Assembly (NCBI RefSeq): GCF_963921235.1
Contig: NC_086097.1
Coordinates: 147,686,001 to 147,750,000 of the forward strand
Direction of reading: 5' to 3'
DNA from: Mobula hypostoma
Taxonomy: Eukaryota
DNA: 64,000 bases
Shown here: in pieces, positions 49,473 to 62,039 of the stretch
How positions within the stretch are numbered: position 1 is the stretch's first letter
How the letters are laid out: each line of letters begins with the position of its first letter
The notes under the pieces: model-generated
The model's database searches: none
Told to the model about the DNA's origin: nothing
Seen by the model: only the letters and a program-made list of their open reading frames with translations
Position numbers and translations under genes: made by a program

Positions 49473-51127
49473 GTAAGTTTTCTGTTCACTGTCTTTTGCT
49501 TGATGTGTGTGGACTGTTGTTAATTGAAACATTGATGAAATACTGAATATTCTCATGACAGATTTCCTACTTTGAAATTCTAAAATATGTTGGGAGAAAT
49601 AATGTTCATTGTCACTACTAAGTGAACTAACAAATGAACTTTCTATCCAAGAACATTAAAGTGTATGCAAGAGCAGGATCAACTGTAATTTAATTAGCCA
49701 GAAGGATTCAACAAAAATTTTGAGTGCCTGCCTTCGCATCAAAGAAAGATTCCACAACATAATGTAGGATCTGATTGCTGGTATTTCAAATGCTAGACTA
49801 GGCATTGTAAGTCATGTTGCTTCTATCAATCTTCAAAATCTGTAAAAAACTATTGAAAAGAGTTTGGGTATATTAAGCAATTTTTATTGGTTAAGTTTAC
49901 ATATGTAATTAAAAATGCATTGATTGTGCCTTTAATTTTTTTCTTCAAGGTGTTCCAAAGTAGTTACATTTATTGATATAATTACTTCGTGTGATCACAA
50001 TTATAAAGTGACAAAGTTATCTCAATTTATCGGTACATTTCTGACTCAATGAGAAAAGTTTGGAAAAGGAGCAGAAAAAGTGATCATATTGTAAGGTTTA
50101 GTATACCAGGAAATGAGCCATGAAATACTTTAAGTCAAAAAAAAAGTCAATTAATGAAGAGCCAGTTTCAGTGGGGTGCGAACAGATCTCACTTGGAATC
50201 AAAGCTGGGCAGGGAAAACTGCATTTGAACAATGGGAGGCCTTTAAAATGGGAGTGTTACAGTTACACCTAGGTTCAGAGGCCCAAGGGTAAATAGTAAG
50301 GAAATTAAAGTCAGAAGTCCCTAGATAATTTACAGTGAATTACTGTGACATGTCCAATTTTACACAAACAAAATCTTGAAGCAACCTTAAAATAAGGAAA
50401 AATTAGTCTGTTATCCAGAGTGGTGGTTGAAAACTCGCCAACATACTGAAACCATGTTGCACCAAAACAGAGGGAGTAAATCTTTAGGCTGGCAAGCAAG
50501 GCACTGAATAGTGAGAATGCTTTGTTCTGGATGGTGAACAGATTCTTGTGTCATTGAAAATAGTCTCATCAGTTTGAGCTGAGAGTATTCCTTTCCACCA
50601 TTCACATAACTTGCAAAGGATTTTGGAAAGCCAGTAGGTGAGTCACTCAGTGCCAGAAATCCAACTTCTGACCCAAGTCTGTAAACATTTTAGTAGTGAG
50701 TGATTCAGTTGAATTTCAAGTGAAAGTGACACCACAGGTTTTGGTCGATTAGGCTATTGGCAATATTAATTCCGTTAAATGTCAAGGGTAGATTGTGTTG
50801 GTGCTTAAAAGGGAAGTGAATTCCACATAGCAACCCTAAATGTTGTCCAGATCTTGCTGCATTCAGGACTGGTATACTTGAATCATCTTGTAAGTGTGAG
50901 TGGAATTGAAAACTCCCTGTAAAAATTTCTTCTCCCTATTTTGTAATGGAGGGAAAATTATTTATGAAATAACTAAGATTGGTTAATTCTTTGATGTAGT
51001 AATGACCTTGGGCTTAATTTACGGCAATCACAGCTTTCTCCCTTAAGAAGATGTGAGACTTCAGTCAATTCATAGTTTTCCTCTTATTTCCCACTGATGA
51101 AACTCCTCATTTATCATCATATATATA

Positions 51128-51968
51128 CAGGTGCACATTCCTTTATCCGATATTCTGAAATCCAAAAAGCTCCGAAGACCGAAGTTATTTTTCACCAACA
51201 GCTGACGTCACTCAGGAGTGAAGTGGCAGCACAAGCAGAGGCCGCCAGACGTCAGTTGTGGCTCAGTGCTCATACTGGTTACACGTGCATTTGCTGTTCG
51301 CTGATATTTTGTGTTCACTGCTGACTTTGTGTTTAATTTCACAGTGAAAATGTCAAAAAGAGCTGCAGATACCCCTATGGGTAACAATGAGAAAAAGAGA
51401 AGGAAGCATCTATCATTAACAATAACACAGAAAGTGGAGTTATTGCAGAAGCTTGATCGTGGTGTGTCTGTGCAGCGTCTGACTAAAGAAAATAGTGTCG
51501 GAACTGCCACTGTATATGATTTAAATAAACAGAAAGAAAAGTTACTGAAGTTTTATAGTGACAGTGACAGTGACGTTCTACATTTATTCCAATACGTCAC
51601 TTACCATGTGTTTGATTGGGTTTGTTTGAAGCTGTATATTTCTATATTTTATTGAATGTTTTTGTTGGAAATAAAAAAAAATTCTTGTCATTATTCCCTA
51701 AACAATACAGTATAACAACTATTTACATAGCATTTACATTGTATTAGGTATTATTAGTAATCTAGAGATGATTTAAAGTATACGGGAGGATGTGCGTAGG
51801 TTTGGTGTGCCACTGGGTCCTAAAGTCTACCACACTGCGACAGCTTAAATAAGGGACTTGAGCAAACGTGTTTTTTGGTATCGGCGGTGGGGGGTCTGAA
51901 ATCCGAAAAATTCTGAATTCCGAAATACAACTGGCCCCAAGGATTTCGGATAAGAGATTGTGGACCTG
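51128..51968 (+). mobile_element. Tigger/pogo-family internally deleted DNA transposon
   Basis: TA|CAGGTGCACATTCCTTTATCCGA ... TCGGATAAGAGATTGTGGACCTG|TA TIRs with TA TSD. The ORF from ATG 51350 encodes a CENP-B/psq-type N-terminal HTH (KRRKHLSLTITQKVELL..VGTATVYDL). Confidence 0.9.
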
Positions 51969-52043
51969 TACTGATAAAAACGAAGCCACTCACTTCTGGA
52001 ATTTAGCTGCTTGGATTAAGGCTATAATTAACCAACAGCACTA

Positions 52044-52280
52044 TGGCACAGTCAGTAGAGCTACTGCCTCACAATATCAGAGAATTGCCTTCAATCCTGA
52101 CCTCTAATGTTGTCAATGAGAAGTTTGTACATTCTCCCTGTGACCACATGGGTTTCCTGCAGGTACTCCAGTTATTACAGATCCCAAAGGCATGCAGATG
52201 GGTAGGTTAATTGGTACTGTAAATTGCTTTTAGGTTGTCAAAGTGAGTGTTGGAATCTAAGGAGGGTTAGATGGAAATGT
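52044..52280 (+). mobile_element. HE1/V-SINE-like SINE, decayed
   Basis: GGCACAG..CTGCCTCACA..TTCAATCCTGACC..GTTTGTACATTCTCCCTGTGACCACATGGGTTTCC..GTAGGTTAATTGG core. Confidence 0.7.
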
Positions 52281-52319
52281 AAAATAGTACATCACAGGAC
52301 AGGATCTAAAATTACAATG

Positions 52320-54230
52320 TATGCGCTGACCACAATGCCAGATTAAAGTAATCTCACCTGTCTGTACGTGGTTTATATCCTCCATTTCTTGCCTGTTCGC
52401 ATGACTTTCAACATTCATAAATGTTGCTTTTATATCTGCTTTACCATCTCCCTTGCACTGTTCCAGATACCTACCACTCTTTGTGTTTAGAGATAAAATA
52501 ATTAGTAATACTCCTTTGTGTTTTAACCCCTCTCGCCTTAAAGCTATGCCCTCTGATATCCGTACTCTGGAGAAAAAGCCTCTTGACTACTTACCTTATC
52601 TAAGCCTCTCATAATAATATTTGCTTTTATCAGATTACCCCTCGGCCTTTGATGCTCCCTAGAAAACAATCCAAGTTTGTCCAACCTCTTATAATTAAAA
52701 CTAAATAATCCAGACAACGTCCTGGTGAACGCAAACACGAGGAAATCTGCAGATGCTGGAAATTCAAGCAACACACAGAAAATGCTGGTGAACACAGCAG
52801 GCTAGACAGCATCTATAGGAAGAGGCACAGTCGATGTTTTGGGCTGAGACCCTTTGTCAGGACTAACTGAAAGAAGAGATAGTAAGAGATTTGAAAGTGG
52901 GAGGGGGAGATCTGAAATGTTAGGAGAAGACAGGAGGGGGAGGGATAGAGCTAATAGCAGGAAAGTTGATTGGCAAAAGGGATACAAGGCTGGAGAAGGG
53001 AGAGGATCATGGGACGGGAGGCCTAGGGAGAAAGAAAGGGGGAGGGGAGCGCCAGAGGAAGATGGAGAGCAGCAAGGAGCAATTGTGAGAGGGACAGATA
53101 GAGGAAAAAAGGGGAAAATAAATAGATAAATAAGGCATGGGGTAAGAACAGGAGGAGGGGCATTAACGGAAGTTAGAGAGGTCAATGTTCATGCCATCAG
53201 GTTGGAGGCTACCTAGACGGAATAAAAGATGGTGTTCCTCCAACCTGAGTATGGCTTCATCTTGACAATAGAGGAGGCCATGGATAGACATATCAGAATG
53301 GGAATGGGAGGTGGAATTAAAATGTGTGGCCATTGGGAGATCCTGCTTTCTCTGGCGGACGGAGCGTAGGTGTTCAGCAAAATGGTCTCCCAGTCTGCGC
53401 TGGGTCTCACCAATATATAGAAGGCCACACCGGGAGCACCGGACGTAGTATATCACACCAGCCGACTCACAGATGAAGTGTTGCCTCACCTGGAAGGACT
53501 GACTGGGGCCCTGAATGGTGGTGAGGGAGGAAATGTAAAGGCATGTGTAGCACTTGTTTCGCTTACAAGGATAAGTGCCGGGAGGGAGATCGGTAAGAAG
53601 GGATGGGGGGACGAATGGACAAGGGAGTCGCGTAGGGAGCGATCCCTGCAGAAAGCAGAAAGCGGGGCGAGGGAAAGATGTGCTTAGTAGTGGGATCCCG
53701 TTGGAGGTGGCGGAAGTTATGGAGAATTATATGTTGGACCCGAAGGCTGGTGGGGTGGTAGGTGAGGACAAGGGGAACTCTATTCCCAGTGGGGTGGCGG
53801 GAGGATGGGGTGAGAGCAGATGTGCATGAAATGGGAGAGGTGCGTTTGAGAGCAGAGTTGATGGTGGAGGAAGGGAAGCCTCTTTCTTTAAAAAAGGAAG
53901 ACATCTCCTTTGTCCTGGAATGAAAGTCCTCTTCCGGAGAGCAGATGCGGCGGAGACGGAGGGATTGCAACATCCTGGTGAATCTCTCCTGCAAACTTTC
54001 CATAGCCTCCACATCTTTCCTGTAACGTTGCAGTCAGAACTACATACTCTACACCAAATGTGGCCTCACCAAAGTTTCACACAGCTGCAACATGACTTCC
54101 TTATTTTTATATTCATGTCCCAATCAGCGAAGGCATACATGGCATGCTCCTCCTTTACCACCCTGTCCACTTGTATAGCCACTTTCAAGGAGCTATAGAC
54201 CTGCACCTGAAGATACTTTAGTATGTTAAG
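52320..54230 (-). mobile_element. CR1 LINE 3' remnant split by a Penelope insertion
   Basis: ESLQERFTRML (53970-54010) continues into SGLFSFNYKRLDKLGLFS (52660-52715). Confidence 0.7.
52730..53967 (-). mobile_element. 5'-truncated Penelope-like element (non-inverted)
   Basis: RT C-terminus (LRLRRICS), GIY-YIG ORF 53163-53489, family 3' terminus and a degenerate hammerhead at ~52829-52864. 15-bp TSD CAAC(G/A)TCCTGGTGAA at 52715-52729 and 53968-53982. Confidence 0.9.
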
Positions 54231-56109
54231 GTCCCTTTGAGTTGGCATGAATGCTTAAGAATAAATAGAAGGGATTCATGTAATATTAGTCTAAATGGAT
54301 GGTTGATGTTTGGAGTGGACTTGGAGGGTCAAAGGGCCTGTTTTCACACTGAATCTGTCAATAACTCCACAGCTCATATCACTGAGCAACCCATCTGACC
54401 ATCAGTGAAAGTGTTGTTGCCGAAGAGATGCTAGCAAAGGACTGTCTGTGATTAGATAATATATCAGAATTTGACTGGACATAACTCGACATTTTACTTA
54501 ATTTCAAAGGTTCATTTATTATTCAAGTTTTCAATTATGAATTTCTTCATTTCTCCAGGTAGCTCTGAAACCAAGAAAGAAAAGAAAGGCAGCACAATCA
54601 TCAACCCCCAAATCCCTCCTCCCCACAAAAGAAAGCCAACAAAACAGATCAGACGCATCGAGCCAAACCCCCCACCCCCAAAATCTCTTTTCACATACAA
54701 AATAAAAACGAAAACAGATCAGGCTCGTCAACACCGCCCCCCCCAAATTGTTGTTTCCACACAAATAAAACGAACAAAACGGATCAAGCCCATCAACTCC
54801 CAAGTCCCCCTCCATGCATCAAAAAGAAACCAAGAAGATCAGACAAAAAAAACCAGACTATAACAACCATAAGACCAAAAAAATAGTCTGTAGTCCATGG
54901 TCCACATCCAAAGTGTAGAAAAAACCTTGTAACACTCTCCACAGTTTTTTGAGCCACAGCAGTATTAGTTCAGTAGTTCCAGTTCAATAGTTCCAATTAA
55001 TATCAGAGAATGTATACAAAATTCTTACTCTCTGCAGACATCCTTGAAACAGAAGAAAAACCCCCAAAGTATGAATGACAGAAAAAAGACTAAGAACCCC
55101 AAAGCCCCCTGCTCAACTCCCATGCACAAGCAGCAGCCAGCAGCATCAACTCTTCTCCCCCTCTCCTCCTCCAAATTATTCTTACATAAAGCCTCTGCAT
55201 TCCCATCATGTAAGCAACAGCAAAGCCCCCAAAGAGAGGCCATGGTCTACAGTCCATCAAAAACTGTTCACTCCAACATTTCGAAATCCCCCAGGCTCTG
55301 TCTCTCACTAACAAGGAAGAGATGATATCGCTCTTTCCACAGTGACAGGGGAGGCAACTGGGGAGACTGCTATTTTGATGTAATAGTCAGTCTGAAACAT
55401 TGCTTTTTTATTTCGAGTTTCCCCAACTCGAGAATCATCAAATCTATTACCAAGTGCAGAGCCTTCCGACAGCCACTCTCACTGTCTTCGATGTCCCTGC
55501 ATCCACTATGCTTCAGTACACGACACTGGCGAAAATTCATGTCCACAGGGCCACGCAAGCTCTGAAGTCGCTTGACCTCGGCCGAACCTGGACATACCAA
55601 AACGCGGCCAATCAGTGAGCTCCATGAACGGGAACTTGCCGTCATGTAGAACCGCAGTTTTTGAGTGCCGCTGTAGATCAAAGAACCCGATAGGACCCCC
55701 GTCACCCTGAAAAGGAAAATAGACACATTAGAATAGGAAGAATTTAACTGTTTTGCTTCTGAGTTGGAGGGAAGTCACCCTCTGCATATTATAACTGCAT
55801 TAGAATAATGACCAGAATCAGTCTGAAGAAAAGGAAGCAACAGTGTGAGCATGTGTAGAAGGAGCAGTGTCCATTTCAGATCACAATGGGTTTATGCTGT
55901 TCATTTTAAGGCTGCACCATTGTCTGAATAGTTATTGGGCAGTACAAGCATGCCCATGCAAGGTGTTCTTGAATGAATATCTACGATCCAGACTGAAACA
56001 CTGAAACTTTAACATCTTGAATGACTTGGTAGTTTAATGTTATGTGCTTACTGTGTGATCAGTTAACCAAGTTTACTTTTCCTCCATTTCCTCATCAATA
56101 TTTTGATAG

Positions 56110-56276
56110 GTATGACTCTTTGACTGGTGTTCCTTCCTATCAACGGGCTCTGGCTTTTGAAAAAGGAAGTGTACTTTTCAATATTGGCGCACTATATACG
56201 CAGATTGGTGCGCGGCAAGACCGAACCACCAAGGAAGGCATTGAGCAAGCTATTGATGCTTTCCAAAAGGCTGCAG
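56110..56276 (+). CDS. RHPN1: Rhophilin-1-like exon (YDSLTGVPSYQRALAFEKGSVLFNIGALYTQIGARQDRTTKEGIEQAIDAFQKAA-G)
   Basis: atAG acceptor, CAG|GTaggt donor, 167 bp; conserved BRO1 motif FEKGSVLFNIGAL. Confidence 0.95.
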
Positions 56277-56317
56277 GTAGGTCCGCATTAAATTGAAGGA
56301 ATTGCTGGAGGCAATAT

Positions 56318-57000
56318 TAGAATCAAGGTAATTACCACTGACGTCTTGACAGTTGTTGTTTTCTGGCAGCAGTACATTGCAATACATAAAAACTGTAAAT
56401 TACTGTAAGTAATATATATGTGTATGTGTGTATGGATATATATTTTGTATATTTTTTATATTTAAAAAGTTACATAAGTATTGCAAAAATAGAAAAATAA
56501 GTTGTGAGGTTGTGTTCATGGTACAATGTCCATTTAGAAATCTGACAGCATAGTGGAAGAAACTGTTCCTGAATCCTGAATCACTGGGTGTGTGCCTTCA
56601 GGCTTCTGTACCTTCTCCCTGATGGTAGAAATGAGGAGAGGGCATGTCTTGAGTGATCGGGGTCCTTTATGTTGGATGCCACCTTTTTGAGGCATCACTC
56701 CTCGAAGACATCCTGGATGCTGGGGAGACTCATGCCCATGATGGAGATGACTGAGTTTACAACTCTCTACAGCTTATTTCAATCCTGTGCAGGGCCACCC
56801 CTCCCCCGCCTTACCACAGAGTGATGCAGTCAGTTAGAATGCTCTCAACAGTACACCTGTAGAAATTTGTGAGCGTCTTTGGTGATATACCAAATCTCTT
56901 CAAACTCCTAATGAAATACAGCTGCTGTTGTGCCTTCTTTGTAACTGTATCAATATGTTGGGCCCAGGTTAGTTCCTTAGAGATGTTGACACACAGGAAT
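56318..57000 (-). mobile_element. Rex1-type LINE 3' fragment
   Basis: Reverse strand shows a Rex C-terminal region (LPSGRRYRSLKAHT..FRNSFF) and a GATTCT-type tail. Confidence 0.7.
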
Positions 57001-57077
57001 TAGTCCCCCTGAAAAGTGTATGTGAAATGTACAAAAGTGATATAGATTAGTGAGGTGGTGTTTTAACCTTGCACTCA

Positions 57078-57760
57078 CCCTCAGCAAAAACCAAGGAATT
57101 GATTGTGGACTTCAAGAAGAGAAAGATGGAAGAACATGCACCAGTTCTCAATGAGGAGTCGATAGTATGAAGGGTAAGCAGTTTTAGGTTTCTGGGTGTC
57201 AACATCTTGGGGGATCTGTCCTGGGCCCAACATATTGATGCAATCGTATATAAGACATGTCACAGCTCTGCTTCGTTCAGCGTTTGAGGAGATTTGGTAT
57301 GTCATCAAAGACTCTTATAAGTTTCTTCTATGTACCATGGAGAGCATTCTGAATGGTTGGATCACAGGCTGGTATGAAGGCTCCAATGCACAGGGTCACA
57401 AGAAGTTGCAGAGGGTTTAGACTCAGCCAGCTCCTTCATGGGTACAACCCCTCCCCACTGTTGAGCTCATCTTAAAGAGACAGTGCCTCAAGAAGACAGC
57501 ATCCTGGATATGCCCTCTTCTCATTAGTATCGTCAGGGAATAGATACCGGAGCCTAAAATCCCTAATCAGTGGTTTAGAAACAACTTCTTCCCCTCCAAC
57601 TTGTGATTTCTGAAAGGTCCTTGAATCTATAAATACTGTGTCATTATTCTTTTTTTCCACTATTTATTTATTTTGTAGTTTATAGTAATTTTACATTGCA
57701 CTGTGCTGCTGTTGCAAAACAATAAATTTCACGGTAGTGATAATAAACGTGATTCTGATC
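57078..57760 (+). mobile_element. Rex1-type LINE 3' fragment
   Basis: KTKELIVDFKK, FRFLGVNI and ESILNGWITGWY; tail AATAAACGTGATTCTGAT. Confidence 0.75.
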
Positions 57761-58015
57761 ATTTGCCTCAACTTCCAAGTGATTCTATGTAGGAGTAATA
57801 GTGCCCATTGATGGAACAATAGCAAAAACTAAAACCTCTGGAATCAACATAAACACTGAGAAACAGCAAGTTGATTCAGTTCATCTGTCCAAGTCAGATG
57901 ATTGTCTGCTCAAACTGCACTCCTGTACTTGTAGGGAGTGTGGCCTGTTCTGCCGTTACATTGTGTTATTGAAGAACTGCTGAATAGTCAGAGGTGCTGT
58001 CCTTTAGATGAGTAA

Positions 58016-58274
58016 AAGGAAAGGTACGTCACATCTGGAGTTCCTCTGGTTAGTGGACGATTTCCCTCCATGCCTCTCAGACGTAGTGAGGAACCACGTA
58101 GGAGGCAAGTTACAGCAGTGATTTGCTATTGCCTTCTGCTGGGTGAGTTTCCAAAGAGATCACCAGCTCGTAACCCTGCACGGATGGAAAGCGTGCAGGG
58201 GAGCCGGCTGGATTTGAACTCGGGACCTTTCGTCCCGAAGTCCTGCACTGATGCCACTACGCCACCAGCCGGGT
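58016..58274 (-). mobile_element. tRNA-derived SINE with RTE-like tail
   Basis: Minus-strand head GGTGGCGTAGTGG..GAGTTCAAATCC; body GAAGGCAATAGCAAATCACTGC; tail GTACCTTTTCCTT. 14-bp TSD CTTTAGATGAGTAA at 58002-58015 and 58275-58288. Confidence 0.85.
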
Positions 58275-59500
58275 CTTTAGATGAGTAATTAAACAAAAAC
58301 ATTATTAGCCTGTTGAATGAATACTAAACATCATGCAGCACTATCTGAATATCTCAAAGGTGTGTAGTTTAGTAGAATTGGCCATTGTAAATCACCCCTT
58401 GTAGTAGAATCTTTAGGGAGTTGATGAGCATATTTGGTTGTCATTCAACCGTACATGAATACAGCAAACAAAACAGTGTTCCTTCAGGGGTAAGGTGCAA
58501 AACACCGTACCAACAACTCACAGCATGTACAATACGAAAGCAGAAAAAAATATCTAGCCCAAGTCCCTTAGCGGCATGGCCTGTAGATTAATTGTGCATG
58601 AGCTGTTGCTCTGGTCCAGCTTGTGTTCTACTGAGCAAACACTGAAAGGCAGCAGCGACAGAAGGGGTGAGCCCGTAACCCAGCTCTCTCCCACACGGCC
58701 TCAGCGTCTCCTCTCCTGGCTAGCTTCAACAGGTGATACCATGGCATCACCTGGTCCATACAACAACCAGGGCAACACAGCTCCCCTACCATCAGTCTCA
58801 CCAATGAACCAGTGCACTGAACTTGCAGTTTTCTACATTACCAGTGTCCAACAGGGTCTTGCAATCACAATTAAAACATCCAAGACAATAATTTGCACCA
58901 GTTGTTGGTTTACGCACCACCTCCACCAACAAGTCTAGGCAACACATGTATGTAGATCCATCGCTACTGAGCAACTTGCTGACAGGATAGGCCTGCAGTA
59001 CTCAATAAAAAGAAAATTGGATAATGTAGGTTTAGTATAAATGAGTGGTTGATCTTCAGAGCAGACCTAGTTGGCCTGTTTCTATGTTGTATTGTTTTAT
59101 CACTCATACATGGTGTCCATTTGCGAAATTGTTTTTTGTATACACAGATATTTTGAAGCATGACATGCTTGGGCATAGACTAATGCATGTGTTTAGGAAA
59201 AAATATATAAAACGATTAAAGAGATGGAATATACAAAATTTGACAGGTCAGAAACTGCTTCCTCTACTACTATCCTCCGTGGGCTAGTACTTACGAATGA
59301 GGAGTTTTGGTGATCAAAGCTTTGTTCCTGTTCCCACCAAAAATATTTTAAGCATTTTTTCACACAACATATAAAGGATAAGTTTATATGTTCTTTTTTC
59401 AAAAATCCACCTGTCATGCATTCTGAGCTGCATATTTTACACAACGACTTGGTAGTATTTCATAATTAATGGTCAAATATATCATGTCTATTCTCACAAG

Positions 59501-59688
59501 GTGCTTTGAACTATTTAAAAGAAAACTTCTCGAATGCCCCGAGCCTCGATATGAGCACGCCATCCCTGAACATGTTAGTGCGTCTGATGATCGCACAGGT
59601 ACAAGAATGTGTCTTTGAAAGTGTGATGCTGGCAGGAATTAAGGATGAGTTCTTGGTACAATTACAAAGCGCGCAGGAGGCTGCAAGG
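59501..59688 (+). CDS. RHPN1: Rhophilin-1-like exon (G-ALNYLKENFSNAPSLDMSTPSLNMLVRLMIAQVQECVFE..AQEAAR)
   Basis: caAG acceptor, AGG|GTaaga donor, 188 bp, phase 1-0. Confidence 0.95.
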
Positions 59689-62039
59689 GTAAGATGTTAA
59701 AGTAATAGTAGTGCAGATATACTCATTCTATTTGCATCATTATGTAACTCTTGAGCAAACAAATCGAATCATTGGCCATTACCATGGGATTCATATACAA
59801 AAGAACCACATAATAGAACGTAGAATAGTACAGCATATGAAAAGGCCTTTCAGCCCACAGTTAAATTACATCAGTAATTACAAAGTTTGTAAATAAACTA
59901 ATTAAATTAGTAACCAAATGCCCAACTAAACTAATACTTTCTCCCTACACAACGTCCATGTCCTTTCATTTCCTGTATACTCATGTTCCTATCTAAAAGC
60001 CTTGTTAATGCCTTATCTATGTTTGCCTTCAGCACCTTCCAGGCACCCATTACTCTGTGTAAATAAAACATGCCCTGAACATCTCATTTCAATTCATCCA
60101 ATTACTCAGGAATCCTATTCCTAAGAATTCTGTTCAACATGCTAACTTCCCAGTCACTGCTGTGAGACTCACCGGTCCAAAGTTTCCAGGAATATCCCCA
60201 TTTCCCTTTGTGAATAATGGAATGTGAGTCACTCACCAGTCCTCCTGGTCCTTGCCTGAGGCTAGAGCAGGCACAAAGGTATTGGTTAACCCAGCAATCT
60301 CATTCCTTGCTTATCACAAAATCCTTGGGTATATATCATCAGGCCCCAGGGACTGTTCACCTTGAAGTTCATTAAGAGAACCAACACTACCTCCTCTATC
60401 TCAAAATCCCCTAACAAATTAGCACGTTGCATATTGGTCTCTCTATCCTCCATGTTCTTCTCCTTGGTAACTGTATTAAAGGAACCAGACTTTTGTAATA
60501 GTTCAGTAAGTAAATATCCTGAGCTTACTGATTCTGAGGTTTCTACGAACGTTTTTTTTCAAGTTATTTCACTCAATTGTTAGAGCTTGTTAAGGTGCTT
60601 TTATAATGCAATTTTCTCTTCAATCTTTACAAGTTAATTTATGGAATGCGTACATTGGTAGCCTAGCCTGCAAATTTTTGGCATAGAATCACAGAAATAT
60701 ACAGCACAGAAATTGTGGTCCTCTATGCCAATCGTGATTTTTATCTACACTAATCCCATTTGCCCACATTAGACCTAATCCATTTTAGCTTTTCCTATCT
60801 TAAGTACCTGCCTAAATGCCTTTTAAGTATTTTAATTTTAAGTGTCTAGGCTGTTTCTACAGTAGGTTATGTGGTCGGCACAACATTGTGGGCCGAAAGG
60901 CCTGTAATGTACTGTAGGTTTCTATATTTCTATGTTTCTATCTCTCCAATACTTCCTCTAGCAGTTCATTCCAGATATTCATCATCCTCTGTTGGAAAAC
61001 TTGCCCTTCTAATCTACTTTAAATTTCTCCCCTTTCAATTTAAATCTATGCCTTCTAGCTTTAGAATCTCCTGCCTTGGGAAAGTAATTCAAATTATCTA
61101 TTCTATCTAGGCCCCTCACAATTTTATAAAGTGATCTCTGTAAGGTTACTCCTCAGCCTCCTACATTCAAATGACAATAAACTCAAGTCTATCCAATTTC
61201 TCCTTACTACTACAAGCTCTGTTCCAGGCAACATCCTGACGAACCTTTTCTGCACTGTATCTTGTTTCCACACCTTCCCTGTAACGTAGCAGCCAAAACT
61301 GTGCTCAGTACTTTGTGTGTCCTAATCAGTGTTTTGTTCAACTGCAACACACTGTCCCAATTATTGCACTCAAAGCTTCAGCCTACAAAGGCAAGCATAC
61401 CAAAGTGCCTTTTTTCCCACTGTTCTATCCAATTTTGTCGTCACTTTCAGGAGTTGTCGTTGAGAAGATGCTGTATTAGTCAGCTTCCATTTTAAGCAGT
61501 TTCTGGGTCTCTCTCTCTCTCTTGCCACCACTGCCCTCCACCCAAACTCTCTTGTCCTCTGAATACCAGCCTTTAATGCTTACCACTTGTCTCCCATACA
61601 TGGCCTATGATCGAACACTGAATTTTCTTTCACAAACTGCACAATATATGGAGGAAATTGGCAGCAAATATTCAGTGGCACCTATTGCCTTGGATGTTGG
61701 GCACTATTGAACTTTATAGCAGGAGGCCCATGACTAAAGCAGTTAGTGTGCCATATAACAGTTCTTTATTCCCATTTAAGATTTTCTGGACCAAGAATTC
61801 TTAAAATGGAGAGAAAGGGAGGAAAGAGCAAGAGAAAGGTCAATGGTAGTGAGGAAAGCTGGTAAAATCAAATAACAAAAGGGATGATGAAAGGCATTGG
61901 TAATGAAATAAAGAACAAAACTAGTATAAGTGAATTGCAAATGGGAACGACTGAACCTGAGAATGTTAATCTCCTCTTGCCTGGAAAGCTATAATGTGTC
62001 CAGTTGAAAGGCAGCGTACTGTTACCTGAGCTTATAGGA

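Noticed and set aside
51337..51570. Possible RHPN1-transposase fusion via the tttcacAG acceptor just before the Tigger ATG
   Set aside because: The upstream exon ends in phase 2, so splicing here puts the transposase out of frame and reaches TAA within about 13 codons.
54471..55790. Lys/Pro-rich ORFs as a novel gene
   Set aside because: This is low-complexity sequence, probably the antisense of a decayed non-autonomous repeat; no splice or homology support.
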